This document shows, in pieces, positions 25,201-37,399 of a stretch of DNA of 64,000 bases. This stretch comes from Raillietiella orientalis (taxonomy: Eukaryota): assembly GCA_036172245.1 (NCBI GenBank), contig JAYWIR010000046.1:1240001-1304000 (forward strand), read 5' to 3'. The notes beneath the pieces are model-generated. The model did not search any database. It saw only the letters and a program-made list of their open reading frames with translations, and had not been told where the DNA came from. The position numbers and the translations under genes were made by a program. Numbering within the stretch: the first letter of the stretch is position 1; each line of letters starts with the position of its first letter.

Positions 25201-27938
25201 ATATTTGTTTTTTTGTGAAAGGCTTTTGGGTTTTTATCTAAGTGCCCAACGCTTACAGGGAGAGATTTGTTAAAGATGAAAACTGGACGAAATTTCGAAA
25301 GTCAAAGCCCAAAAAACAAAAAAGACTGAAATCGAACAGAATGAAATTGTGCTGTGCATAAAAAATGTAGTTCAAAGAAAACGAAAAAAAAAAAAGATAC
25401 CCGTACTATTTGGTTACAATAGAAGCTCTTTGGATTCAAATCTATTTTAGAATCACACACAGTGACACTTTGAACACTGCTTTTTTACCAAAAATAGATC
25501 TTCCTAAAGTAGCAAGCAAATTCGAGAGTTGCTGATAGTTCTCCAACGACTTTGTTCATTTTTTGAATTCATATCCACTGTGATTGGTGGATCGCGTTTT
25601 GTATAGCTCTTAACATACTGTTTTGCTAGTTAAGTAAGCTGTAGCTGTTCTTATTCGAAGTGTAGCATTTTGGAACCTGCTAGAGCTTATCTGAGAAGCG
25701 ATCAATGTTTGCTGATTTGATTGAAAAGCCATCTATTCTATATACAAGGATAAAAAGGAATTTCTTTTAATTTGATACATCCCCTCCAAAGTTCACTCGA
25801 TCTAGAATCTCAAAGTAAATTGAACCAATCTTGTTTAGGTCTTCGTATTTCTAGTCAAACTCAAACTTGCTAGGGAAACCAGCCAAAAACAAAAAGGAAG
25901 GAAAGAAGAAAACAGGACATGAGTTTTGTTTTCGTTTGAGTTTTCTCGAATGTGATTAATAGATTATCTTATTAATAGAAGTTCCTTATTTGGATAAACG
26001 AGAAAGCAAGTATAGGTACTGATTGCCTCCAGATTAGAGCAACGGAAGGATATATGGTAAGGATAATTTTCAAAGAAAGAGACAAAGCATTATCTCTGAA
26101 ATAGAACTGTCAGTCGTGGAAACGCAAGTGAACTAAGCAAGGATTTTATGAATTTATGAATGGTTTGTAGACCACTTTTTTACATCAAATTAATAACTTT
26201 CAAGATCACAAGCTATTATGTGGAGTTCTACTGTCACCCCTAGCACTATGGAGACAGAATGGAAAAGAATTAAACAATTTTTTACTATGTCTCGAAGTCA
26301 AAGACGTATGTGGCCTGATAGAAGAGAAAAAAACTAATGCACTTTCTAGAGTTTTCCTTGAAAAATGCAAATCGAAGGTCCCAATGGTTGTAAATGAGTA
26401 AGACTTTAAAAACTTGGTGAGAACAATATTGCTTCATGAAGTAAAAAATGGTTAAGGCGTCTCTGAAGAACAGATAGGCAACCAAATAATCAGTTACTAG
26501 TATTCCTACAATAGAAAGCAGCTATGCATTCAGATAACACATTCCTACTGTCTTTTCAATGTATCACTTTTATAGCATTGCAAGTGATGCAAAAGCGGTG
26601 TAGAAGAAACGTGCGGAATGTGCAGTTTAACTCGAAACTAAGATAAGTCTGTACTAGCGGTTCAGGATTCTCTTGGAATTCTTACATATGCAGTCTTCTT
26701 AGAGTATCCACTAGGAAAGCTGGGGACCACGTGGCATCTATGGGCATGTACCACCCATGAAAGTAAATGTACTTGAAGATTGCTGCTACAATACCGTACT
26801 ATGATTGGATGACCTTTCGACAGTTTTTCAACAAGAGGGAGAAACTTAAAATTCCAATGTGCCAAATGTCTTTAAACAATTGCAAAAAATACCATTCGGA
26901 CAATAGTCCGAATGGTATTTTTGATGCAGAAGCATCTTTTTCTACGCCGCGCACACTTTTCGTTTGCAAATGACCCTCTGCATTATGGCGATCTTTTCCT
27001 TTGATGTCTCACTTTCTTCAAACATATGAATATATCACCTCCAAGACTGCTTATGTGGTTGCAAATTTTAGATGTGCCTTTTTGTAAATCAGAACAAAAA
27101 TTTGTGTATGGAGTTTCTAAAGACGAGGACGTCACCGTTTATTGTAAAGTAGACAGCTTCCCTCTTCCACAAAAATTTTTCTGGAAGCTGAATAACAGTC
27201 AGACAACTACTATTCTCCAGCATAGGAGGTTGAATAGTTCAGAAAATTTCCTCATCTACAGACCAAAGTCCATCCACGATTATGGAGCTATAATATGCTG
27301 GTCTGAGAACGAGATCGGCAAACAGAGGGTTCCCTGCGTCTACCACATCGTAGCTGCAGGTATTCAGTGACTCCTGTATCAGGGAGTTGTTGCAGGTTAT
27401 CTTAGGCCCTCCTAAGCCCGTGGAAAACTGCATCATTTCAAACCGCAGCTCTCAAATGTTAGCGATTATCTGCGAAGCAGCATTCGATGGTGGCTTTCCC
27501 GTTAGCTTCGAATTCATTCTAAGAGAAAACAAGAAGGGAGAAATTCTAAGAAACATGACTCGCGTCAAGCCTTTTGCAACCTTCTTAGATTTGGATGCCG
27601 AAAACGCTTACACGGTCGAGGTGTACGCTAGGAATACCAGAGGTGTGAGCAAGCAAACGCAGCTCTTTGTAGAACCCCTGAAACTGGGAGAGCTCAGGCA
27701 TTGTACAAGCACAAAACTGCTAATCCAGCATTATTGCATTTACTTTCAGCTATAAAAGAAGAAACAGATACTCAGACAGTGGTTATTGTAAGTTTCGTTA
27801 GTTCTGCAGCACTCATCTTGCTGGTGATGATTGTGTGCCTATACTTTAGAAAGTCATCAAAGAGGCGGAATTCGACGGACGGCGCTTCCCAACCCAATGA
27901 AACCAGCAAAAAACAATGGAACCAATCACGTGCTTCAG
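10182..27938 (+). CDS. Sidestep/nephrin-like Ig-superfamily transmembrane protein gene, partial multi-exon model (Ig2-Ig5, FN3, TM, start of cytoplasmic tail)
   Basis: Nine exons join with compatible phases into one stop-free protein. It carries motifs typical of arthropod Sidestep-family proteins: GPFNE..L.L.C, CKASNNN, C.S.GSRPSA.I.W, IKEGDDVFFDC.I.ANP, SN.SLV.Q.V.R..SG.Y.C.A.N..G.G.S, DYG.I.CWSENEIGKQ..PC.Y.I, then an FN3 domain and a hydrophobic helix. The paralogue cannot be named without a search. The 5' exons were not found. Confidence 0.9.
12650..13800 (+). mobile_element. Possible second BEL/Pao pol relic, inside an intron
   Basis: Remnants DAFFHMKI (~12883, compare DIxKAFxQI) and SITAYAA...LLLLRNKI (~13547-13637, compare DASxxAYAA...LLxAKxRV). 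Heavily disrupted. Confidence 0.25.
15280..15480 (+). CDS. Sidestep-like gene exon, second half of Ig2
   Basis: ttgcag acceptor and gtaagt donor, phase 1 to 1. Translates DYPVSRLSWWSRGEMLSSEYTRNGNFTQAEFLLRNLSRIHLHQKFLCKASNNNMTAAASSSVTLEMN. Not in the ORF track. Confidence 0.9.
15744..15901 (+). CDS. Sidestep-like gene exon, first half of Ig3 (3' end at 15901 or 15910)
   Basis: ttttag acceptor, phase 1. Translates LNPVNVSISNPRPFQVAGELATFECESYGSRPSANIIWILGDEKLTASQCKEE. Donor is gtatgt at 15902 (phase 0), or alternatively ATATCCTTT at 15911. Confidence 0.88.
16279..16414 (+). CDS. Sidestep-like gene exon, second half of Ig3 (5' boundary uncertain)
   Basis: Translates DNFTTSILSFVPTVADRKKILRCIAYTAALSFPLKLDDHLSLNMT, with a gtaagt donor at 16415 (phase 1). 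The only nearby AG is a weak AAG at 16276-16278, which is in frame. Confidence 0.8.
18724..18854 (+). CDS. Sidestep-like gene exon, first half of Ig4
   Basis: ttttcag acceptor and gtaagt donor, phase 1 to 0. Translates YPPLANITFGANLPFNNIKEGDDVFFDCNIEANPEQQKIEWFFN. Confidence 0.92.
23600..23759 (+). CDS. Sidestep-like gene exon, second half of Ig4
   Basis: tttcag acceptor and gtgagt donor, phase 0 to 1. Translates SKHISQNITAGIIFSNASLVMQKVRRSQSGRYRCSATNSLGVGISNDLFLKIK. Not in the ORF track. Confidence 0.92.
27072..27359 (+). CDS. Sidestep-like gene exon, Ig5
   Basis: ttttag acceptor and gtattc donor, phase 1 to 1. Translates YVPFCKSEQKFVYGVSKDEDVTVYCKVDSFP...DYGAIICWSENEIGKQRVPCVYHIVAA. Confidence 0.92.
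27406..27702 (+). CDS. Sidestep-like gene exon, fibronectin type III domain
   Basis: cttag acceptor after a 46-nt intron. Translates GPPKPVENCIISNRSSQMLAIICEAAFDGGFPVSFEF...FLDLDAENAYTVEVYARNTRGVS...; gtacaa donor at 27703 (phase 1). Confidence 0.88.
27750..27938 (+). CDS. Sidestep-like gene exon, transmembrane helix and juxtamembrane tail
   Basis: tttcag acceptor after a 47-nt intron. Hydrophobic VVIVSFVSSAALILLVMIVCLYF is followed by basic RKSSKRR. Donor ag|gtacat at 27939. Confidence 0.85.
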
Positions 27939-30900
27939 GTACATTTCCGCTATTGATTTTTCCCAACTTACTTCCCTACAGTCTAAATATGCTTCGTGAT
28001 TTAGACAAACGAGGAAGTCTCGCAATTTCAAAAGCACAGTACCTCGTAACAAAATCTGCCTTGAGACCTCATCAGACTTGATAGCGAAGGTTGCACAGTG
28101 CTTCTAGTGACCACGTTCCGATTACACGTAATTGAACTTCAGAGCAAATATTCTTTCATCAGGCTCTTTTGTTTTTGGTGAAGTACAGTTTGCTACGGAG
28201 GATACAGTCGAATGGATTAATTAGTCTTATATCAATACAGTCTTAAAGACTCGAGGAATTCGATGAGATTTTCATTTCAAATTGCAGTTTCAGAAAATTC
28301 CTTTAACATCTTTCATATCCTCTGAAGAACATTAAGAAAGAAAAAAATTGCCAAAAAGAAGTGTCTGGAGAAATTTTGCCGAAATTTTCTTGTTTGAAGA
28401 TTCTCTTCTCTGTGTAGCAACACGAAAATTCCCATTTCTATTCTTTGATTTGGAAGAATCCCCAAGACGACATAAAGGTTAACGACTGCATAAAAAGTTT
28501 CACAATTTTTGGAATTTCTGAGAGTATGCGACATTTTTGAGACAGGTTGTTTAATGGAAAACATGTAGGACCAAGAAAATATATTCTTTGCATCCTTCTG
28601 AATTAGAGAGAGTGTTTGTGAAGCAATGCTTGCATTCGCTCCTGTAAAAAAAATGCACGGCTTCTTGAAAAAAAAAAAATTTAGAGATTTGGCTGATGGC
28701 TGAACTCCTAAACCATGAAATTTTCCACATGGATTGCCTTCCAAATCGTTTCCAAATTGTAAACAAAAGCTTAAAAGTTTGTAGGCATCCTTTGAGAAAC
28801 ATCCATTATTTATTACCAACTATCAAGTGGTTAAATCACCATCTATAATTGAAAGTTTGATTGCACCCTTTCCAGACAGTAATGGCTTAAGGATAGTACT
28901 GACCCTAGCCCATTTTCAGATATTTAATTCAAAATTTCATTCTTTTTATAGCCTTTATTTGCTTGAAGACGTAAATGCTAATTTGAAGTTCATTTTATAC
29001 AACTGGTAAGGTTATGAATTTTTTTTCCTGTTTATTATGCATATGCTCCCTCTTTTAATGTCTCTAAACTGTTTGCCAGCCCGCTTTCTTCTCAAAAGAT
29101 ACAAATTTGTAAATCGGTTCAGAGAAGGGTCTAGTTAAAATGAAAATCTTCATTCCATACGCTATTCATTTGCCTCACTAATCGACAAAATTCTCCCTCC
29201 ATCATAAGTGGTCAATTTCTTAGCATATTTTGTAGCTCATTCCTTCACGGAAAAGTGGCGACCATTAGTGTTTTTCTTTGCACTGCATCTTGCATTCCCG
29301 GAAATGTTTCCTACAAATTTCTTGTTCGTGATGAAAAGACTAAGAGACAAATAACTGCTAGTGAAAGTGAGTTCAACAAGAGGAGAAAAAGACTTCTTAA
29401 AATGTCACAGAGGTTTATATTAATCGGCGTTTATCTTTGTACTTACGAATTTGGTTGCAGTTTGGTTGCTGTTTTACCGTGTGAAAAATGAATGAGAACA
29501 TTCTCCAAGGAGGAATATTGAGAAACTTTTGGAGCATCCACTATTAAAAGCAAACAGAAAATGTTTTCCAGTATCCAGATATGATCACATTCTTCAATCA
29601 GAAATACTAATGTGGATGCAAGTGAAATAATAGATGAAACGTGGGTTCTATGCTAAAGTAATGAAATCCCCGCTAAATTTCCCAAATCGAGAAGACGTTT
29701 GCACGAGAATAATTTGTTTTATTTGAAAGTCTCCAATTCAGTAAGCGAGTGTTCATCCAACAGCTCTATCGTAATCCAAGAGTTTTCTATTCAACAACAC
29801 ATCATTCTGTTGTTATCAGCAGCATTTGATATAGATCGAAATTATACAAAGCAGATTTGTTCTTTGTAAAAAAAAAAAAACAGACGCTTCCTTTTCCTTC
29901 AAATCCACATTTTGATCCTGCTCTTAAGACAGTTCAATGAAATTTACAGCGTCAGGAATTGTTTGTCAGTGAAACGCTTTACTTGACATGATATTATTAT
30001 CATTGAGAAAAAATCAACATTCCGTGTTTCCAAAGACAGCACTCAGATGAATGCCTATTATTCCTTGATAACTCTAACTGAAAGAAATGCAATCCAGAAA
30101 TCATTTCTTGTACATTTCATCAGCTGAAGATTGATGACTTGAAAATTCTCACGGCACTCTGAATTCAGATTCTTTCCCTTCCAGTCGTTTAAATGCATCA
30201 AATTGATCGAGATGTGGAATCCTTTCATATCTTGGAACCACCAAACAATTGATGTTCTGTTCTTAGATAACTCTTTACTTGCACATGGGCAAAGGAATTT
30301 TTTCCTGAAAACAAATGCACCCTAAAGTTGTTGACAGAAGAGAAAACTTATTTCGTGGAACAGATGATTAAGAGGGCTTTAAATTCATCACAAGAAATCT
30401 GGTACTGTCGAACACAAATTTGCAAATCGTAAACTGATGCGGATTGGTGTTAGATGTGGAATCAAATCTTGCGATATCCCTCTGATTTAGAGCTGGCCTT
30501 CGAAAATCCACCGCCCCTTCGCTGCAATTGCTAAGCAATTCTTTCTTTCTTTTCTTTTTTTCCCTGTTTTTTGATGGAATTACAAGGTTCCAATCAAAAT
30601 AGAGTTTCCGTGATCAGTCCCAATAATTGAATGAGATGATTCTGATCAGTTGGTGTCTGATCATTGTCTGAATATGATCAAAAACTCACTTCCATTGAAA
30701 CAGTCATCTAAAAAGGTATTCTACATTCAAACAAAAAACTTTAATTTGCAAAACACTAATTGCTGTCTGAAAATCTTTCCAACCCATTTGAGTCAATGTG
30801 GCACAGCATCCAACACCTCACCTTGGGTTTCCATTTTCACGATTCTGAGTTTCGTTTTTCCTGAAGTCATTGATTACGAAGGGAACTCCCATGCCCATTA

Positions 30901-30949
30901 CATTTTGCAGTGGTTCTTCGCAACTGCACTTTCTATCCAAAACTGAGGT

Positions 30950-31650
30950 AAAAATCTAAGAGTGAGAAGCGACAGGCATGTGAAACTGCTTAGAAAGTGT
31001 CTTTGGCTTCGCTTCACACTGTTTTCTTCCATGCTGCATTTAGAAATTCCACTAGAAAACTCCGACCAGCTTATCTTGTCTTTGTGGTTCCAGAACTGCG
31101 TTTTCTTTCTGACACGGAGCCCAAATCCCCTATTTTCGAATCGCGCATTGTTTTCGGCTGAGAGCACTCGGAAACTTGGTGATTTGACGACTGTTCCTCG
31201 GAAAATCCAACGCAACTCAGCCTCATGCATTTTCCATGAAGTTGAGTTGCGTCAATTCCATCCGTGCAGATGCACTTGAAAGGGCAGAACTGCTCAGAAA
31301 ATCCAGAACATGATACGTTGTTGCCCGATTTCTTGGTCTTTGTTCGCTCGTGCTTTTCATGAGTCTCTTTGGGCTTTCCCTTGAAGAAAGCCCGCACAGG
31401 TAGGCGTTTATGTGACCTTCGAAAGGAAGTCGAACTTTCTGTTTTTCGTTTGTTTGCTCGCATTGTTCAGCATCAAAGGCAATCTATCAGACGTATTCTG
31501 AATTCTTTCAAGGTCAATGCGCGCATTTTTTGGCAAAAGAGCCTTCGACATTTTTTCTATGACAGCTGGTGCTCTCTGTTTCAGGGGTGTGCACGGTCTG
31601 TCTTGCCCATACGGAATCCACTTGAATTCAACTTTTTTTAGAAACCTACT
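30950..31650 (-). mobile_element. Possible Tc1/mariner transposase relic
   Basis: ORF 30898-31230 contains VLSAENNARFE.RGFG....QFW....ISWSE, resembling the Tc1 linker PLLSxxNxxxRLxFA....W..VLWSDE. No TIRs or DDE triad were seen. Confidence 0.3.
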
Positions 31651-34600
31651 CGTTCGGCGAAATCCGTGCCAACACTTAATGATAACATCCTATGTCAAAA
31701 CAGGGGGAAATTCATTTATTTTGAAGATTTGTATGCTTACCATGGATGAGTCAGCGATGGGTACCTTATGTCACCGTGTATCGAATACACTGAAGATAGC
31801 AGATCATAGGAGTCTCCGAAGGTGCTATTTTCTAACTAATGAAAAGGCAAAAGAGGAAGAGTTTAGAATTCTTGCTTTTCTTTATGCTGAGACTAGCTGT
31901 TTAATCGAATAAGAAATGTCTTCGGGAGCAATTCGCTCATGTGATTCTGCCAGTTGGGATACGTTGAGAAGCTTCTCATGCGTCCCTCATTATCTTGATC
32001 TGCAACTCAGCTCTGTTGAGACGTTCATTCTGTGTTAAGTGATCAGACAGCAAGGCATTCTCTGACTACAGTTACCCAGTTGTTCATGACGACAGTGTCC
32101 AAGAATGAGTGACCACAGATTATGAGTAGCAGCTGATCTGTCGGTGAAAGCTCAGAAGTGGTGATTGACAGAAGACAAACAAGGAATGTAGCCGAGAAGG
32201 CGAAAGAAAATAGAAAATGTACAAAAGCCAACTCATTGTTCGGAGTCACCAGCTTTGCTGTTGCTTAGGAAGACAGACTGCCATCACGATCAAGGGCAAA
32301 ACAGATCCCAGAGGATCCATCAGACCCATGAGTCGCAGTCAGTGATGCTGCGCCACGTGTTGTGTGCAGCAATCTTTGCAGAAGCATGCAAAGTCCCAAA
32401 CTCATTCTGAAGGATATGTAGAGGGAGTCGTCTGTCGGGTGAGATCACTAGCTTTTGACGGATTAAATTTTAACCACACTCAAAATCTTGATAGAAATTC
32501 GCTTCAATCAAATTTGCCTTCTGTTCTTAAATATTCGAATTCAAGAAAATTCAACTAGTGATTCACAAAAAAAGAAACACGTCTGTTAGCAAATTCCGTA
32601 ATTCATTATCACGAAGTAGCTGCGGATCACATGCAAGCAAATAGTGACTTAAAGCTGAGGCCTCCTCTGGGTAAACATTCACAATACTGATTGGTTTGTT
32701 GCGAATGCCGTTGTTGTGCGAGCTTCTTTTCTGTCTTGTGAGAGCTCTGTGTTCACTCTTCTTCCATGTGTAAGCTAAACGGTTTCCCGCATGCTCAAGG
32801 AAAAAATCTTGTTCACTGAAGCTGTGTCAGCAAAAAGCAGAAGCCCCGCCCTCTAAATTAAGAGATTTCATTTTTTGTTGCTTTCATCCCGTGTTTGCAT
32901 ATGCTGCGCTTGTACGGTTCGATTCCTCTTCGAGATGATCGCTTACCTCTATTTAGAGGCCTTTTTTTTTTTTGTCAGGAGGTCCGCTCTCTTGGATGAT
33001 TGGTTTTTGCTTAGAAACCTTTGGACTTTCCAGTTCATATCGCATTAGTATTTTTGGAAAAAGCTATTCTCCGTGAGCGTTACCGGCTCGTCATTTTCCG
33101 TTCCTCTTAGTGGTTAACTGAATCTGAATCTCGTTATGACTGGTTCGACAAATCGCTTGGTCGAATTCAGCGCAGGGTTGAGGTGAGCTGGAATTCCACG
33201 AATGAGCTGGAATCACTGGATTTTGTTTCATTGAAGCGGATGACAACCGCAAGTGGAAGTTAATGCATAAGCTGCATAACCATCTGAGAAGCAGTTTCGA
33301 GATTGAGATTTGAACGGAAAGCAGCGCAGCGCGCGTTTCTTGCATTTATGAACTCTCAAGCAAGAGTGCTTAAATAAAGGCCGCTCTTAATGAACTGAGT
33401 CAGGTGGAAGAGTGTAGATCCAAAGGCGAAAGCAAAGTACATGAAGCACGAGATATGAGCTCTGCTACGAAATGGAAGATTCCTTGATGAATGGTGAACG
33501 GCTGCCGTTCTACTGGGAAAGCGACTAACGGATAGTAGTCAAATTTTCGCCTTGAATCATTTGGGTTGGATGAAAAGGGTCTCAGATTCTTCGTAGATAG
33601 GTCTCAGATTATTCCTTCTTATTTCATACCTTTGAGATCTTTAGTTTGGCTTCTTTATCAAGTTTCTTTATGTGGTTGGAATGGAATCTTCGTTGACCGA
33701 TGTAAATTTCGTCACATACCAAGAGAAATCTAGAATGTTCAAAAAATTCATCAAATGAAGGAAACTTTCTGATCCTGTGAGCTCAAATTTGAGATAGCAG
33801 AGTAAGGATGGAAAAGATTGAGTTTGGAGGTGATGAGCAGCAAAAGTGAGTTCTGGTATCGAAAAAATCGAGTTGCTTTTTAAACTGCCTGATAGGTTCC
33901 AAATCAGAAAGGTAGCCTTCTTTACTGAGATCGGCGTTGTGCATCCTCATGAGATGTGTCTGCTTATCGTAAACGCTCATGCGAGATGTCCATGCCGTGC
34001 TCTTCTTCGGTTTCTACAGCTTCTTTGGAACCTTCTTTCGTACTTGGACTTCAGAATGGTCTTCCGAATCAGGAATGATAATTCCTGATGCAGCTCCCAG
34101 AGCCTAAACCGCAAGACTGAAATTTTGACCTGGATGCGGAGGCAGGGCAAACAAAAGAGATTTTGCAACTGATCAAGCTCTTCGCTTTTGATTTCGAGCT
34201 ATTCTGAACGTCAATCGAATAGTTTTGTCTCCGAGCCGCACTGCACAGGCCAACACAGATTTGCTCGGAGTTTTATTTCTCAAGAAAAGAAGACATACGA
34301 GAATCCGTGTGAAAGAATTTGGAGATGAAACGTTCGTCTCTAGAAAATAAAAATAGAAAGACCAACAGTGGCTGAAGTGATCCAGGCAGGTATTGTAGTG
34401 GGAACACGGCCTATCAACGGCGAATGACTCATCATCGTGTTGAAGACAGTGATAAGATGGTATTCCAGTTTTATCTGCAGAATCACAGTAGTAACTGCAT
34501 GGCTGCCATCAGAACCATCATAATAGCATCTCCTGTCATTGTCACTGCACCGCTCAAAAGCATATGGATGTTTCTGATTTCCGTGTCCTCTGCACTCACA

Positions 34601-37295
34601 TTAGCAACACAGCGTTCAGAAATCAGATTTCAGATTCTGTGAATGCTCACTTGCATCCCTTAACGTGAATGCAACCATAGTTATCCTCAAACGTGATACA
34701 GTGTCCAATGAAATTTCAATTTTTTTGAGGTGAAACGAGAGAAGAGAGCTGTGTTAACAGAGGTAGTTCTGTGATGGAAACAACTGAGAATAAGAAAATT
34801 GTGATCAACGTACTTCAAAGATCCAAAGAGAAAAAATTCAAAAAAAAAAAAAATGGCATGATTTCTGAGAACCCAAATTTTCTATTCCTTAACAACGACA
34901 TCAGCATGAATGTGCTGATCACACTTTCTGCCTACGGGTTCGATTCGCATCTTTTCACTTTGGAAACGTCATACATTGAAATTCAGCTTCCATTTTTCGT
35001 TTCACAAATTTCTTTAATTCTTTTCCTTAGATTGATCTATCATATGTTCCTAGGCAACAGACGCAACTGCAAGACAATATCACTGCAATTGCTTCTTATC
35101 AAAGGTTTTTTAAATGCTCCAGGGAAAAGTTTTGAAGATTATTAAACAGCTAAAGCGAACAAGTGAAGATAAGGTCTTCAGAGATTATTCTCTTTTTCTG
35201 AAAAATTCAAGTCCTCAGGCGCAGCAGCAGGATGAACATGAAAGTTTCCAGGCATACGCAGGAATCTAATGAAAATCATGAGCGAGAGGAAAGCTGGATT
35301 TAATTTCCAGAACCTACATCAGAAACGAAGCGTTGGAACAACGATAACATCCGAACCATCTCCGAGCATGCGAGAGCAGACAAGAGCTTGCAACTTCTGC
35401 ACACGAGTGTTGTGAGTGTCGTAGAACTGAAACACATTAAAAAAAAAAGAAAAGCATTCAAATTTATTGTAACCGTCGGATGCAACATGAAGAAATAAGC
35501 ATCAAGGAGATGATGCGACTTTAAAACATGCGCGAGAGTAAACAACTACTGTTCGAACAGAAGCTCTGGAGCAAACGTCTCAGAGGACCTCATCTTTTTA
35601 TTCGCAGCTGCTCATTAGAGTTAGCAGTCAGTTCGTTCTCAGACTGAATTTTTGTTTCAGTAAGAAAGGTACTAGAAAGCTGAGAAGAATTTTCTCTAAA
35701 ACAGAAAACGGAAAGTCGATAGAATCCGTTGCAGAAAACTAAATCGTGATCTTTCGTCTTGAGGATGCATGGCCAAAGGTATTTTCCAGAATGCACCGTT
35801 CTCTTTGGATTTCCTCCTTAACGGGCTCAGAAACTCTCTGTTTCCCTGAATTTTTGTTGTTTGCTTCGTATAAGATTTCTTTTATTGCACCGGATCTTTC
35901 AACCGTGAAACAAGTCAGCCTCTGCATGCATTGCTTATGAATCACATACTCTTCCGCATTGTCCAGCCCCTGTTCAGATGCAGAGAAAGGTTGCTATTCT
36001 CTCACATGTGACATTCATTTGTCAGCCGAAGCTGAAGAGCTCATAGGGAACAAATTGGGAAATGTCAAATGGTCTGTTTTGAAGAGGAATATCAACACTT
36101 GTGTTTTGAACGTGTTTCTTCCATGCGTGATTACCAATTCAGATTGAGAGACACGACGCATTCCATCGTTCAATATACTCCGAAATCATCCATCGGTGGA
36201 ATCATTCCTTTAAAAAGCAGTCGTCTGGGTTATTTCGTACTGATTCACATTTATTCTGGAAACTCACTAGTTTGAGCATCTATCAGGATTAAGCGATTCT
36301 CTCTCAGATGTTCATGAAGTAAGAAAGCGTTTTTTTTTTGTTTTTTTTCCTGTCCTGTTCAGATATTTCTCTTTTTCTTTTTGTCTTCCCGCTTCAATCT
36401 GAACTTTTGCAGAGTCTATTTGGACGCCTAGGATTGCACAAAGCACCTCCATTGAAATATAAAAAACCCTTCCTGAAGACTTCCCCAAATTCTCAAATTT
36501 ACGATGCAACTCAAAATGGTTGCATAATGTCTCTGGGATTTGTATTTTTGATCTCTGTGCTCCGTAGGAAAACGAGATTAAAGTTAAAATTCTCTTGATA
36601 CCATCATCAAAATATTTTCATATGATAAACTCAAGTGATGACCCTGATTTCAGTATGTTCACATTTCCTTTTCTTTCAAAATACGAATCCAATCATTGTA
36701 ATGAACGGGTATTCTATCAAACTTCATAAGAACTCTCAAAAGGGTTTCTTCTGTCATTCAAGGTCCCGGAGATGTATTCTCATCGTTGGGTTTTGTTATG
36801 TGCTTTACATTTAAATGGGAAATTCCGTGCTTGAGCCATAAGAAAATTAATCTATTCATCTAAAATCGAGTGCGTTGCATCTAACAATTGCAAAGCATGC
36901 TGATCAAGTAGTGCAATAGGTGTTTAAAATTTTTATTGACCGACTTAGTACAGATGATGTTATTGTGTGCAGAATCTGTGCTAATCCGTTTGATGGTAGC
37001 TTAATAATCTAATTTGCAGGTGAGTGTCTTTCACCACTAATAGGAACTTAATAACTGATGATATGATTGATGGGAACTAACATTTTACATATGCAGAAGG
37101 TGAATTCGTGAGGAATTTTAGATAAGTCTTCCGAATGCAAGATCAAAACACCTAAGGATTTTTAAAAGTTAAATTGATTTCAAGGGTTTTGTTTCCAGCA
37201 TAGGTATCAAAATTATCATAAGTGATTCCTAAATTGGATACATGTATCATGAACCCATTACTTAACTTTACTAAATCTTCATTTTAACTTTGCAG

Positions 37296-37399
37296 ATGTG
37301 AATTCTGAAGTTCCCATAGTTCCTCTATACGCAATTTCTTATGGAAATTACCGAGATATCTGTGATATCAATCAACTGAACGATGCAGCTTACTCCGAG
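37296..37399 (+). CDS. Candidate cytoplasmic-tail exon of the Sidestep-like gene
   Basis: Good acceptor (ttttaactttgcag) and donor (gag|gtaact). Its phase-1 entry matches the 27938 donor and reads open as DVNSEVPIVPLYAISYGNYRDICDINQLNDAAYSE. No homology support is recognisable. Confidence 0.45.

Noticed and set aside
28313..28819. 168-aa minus-strand ORF, the longest in the track
   Set aside because: It is F/K/N-rich, runs through homopolymer tracts and has no recognisable domain, so it is probably chance.
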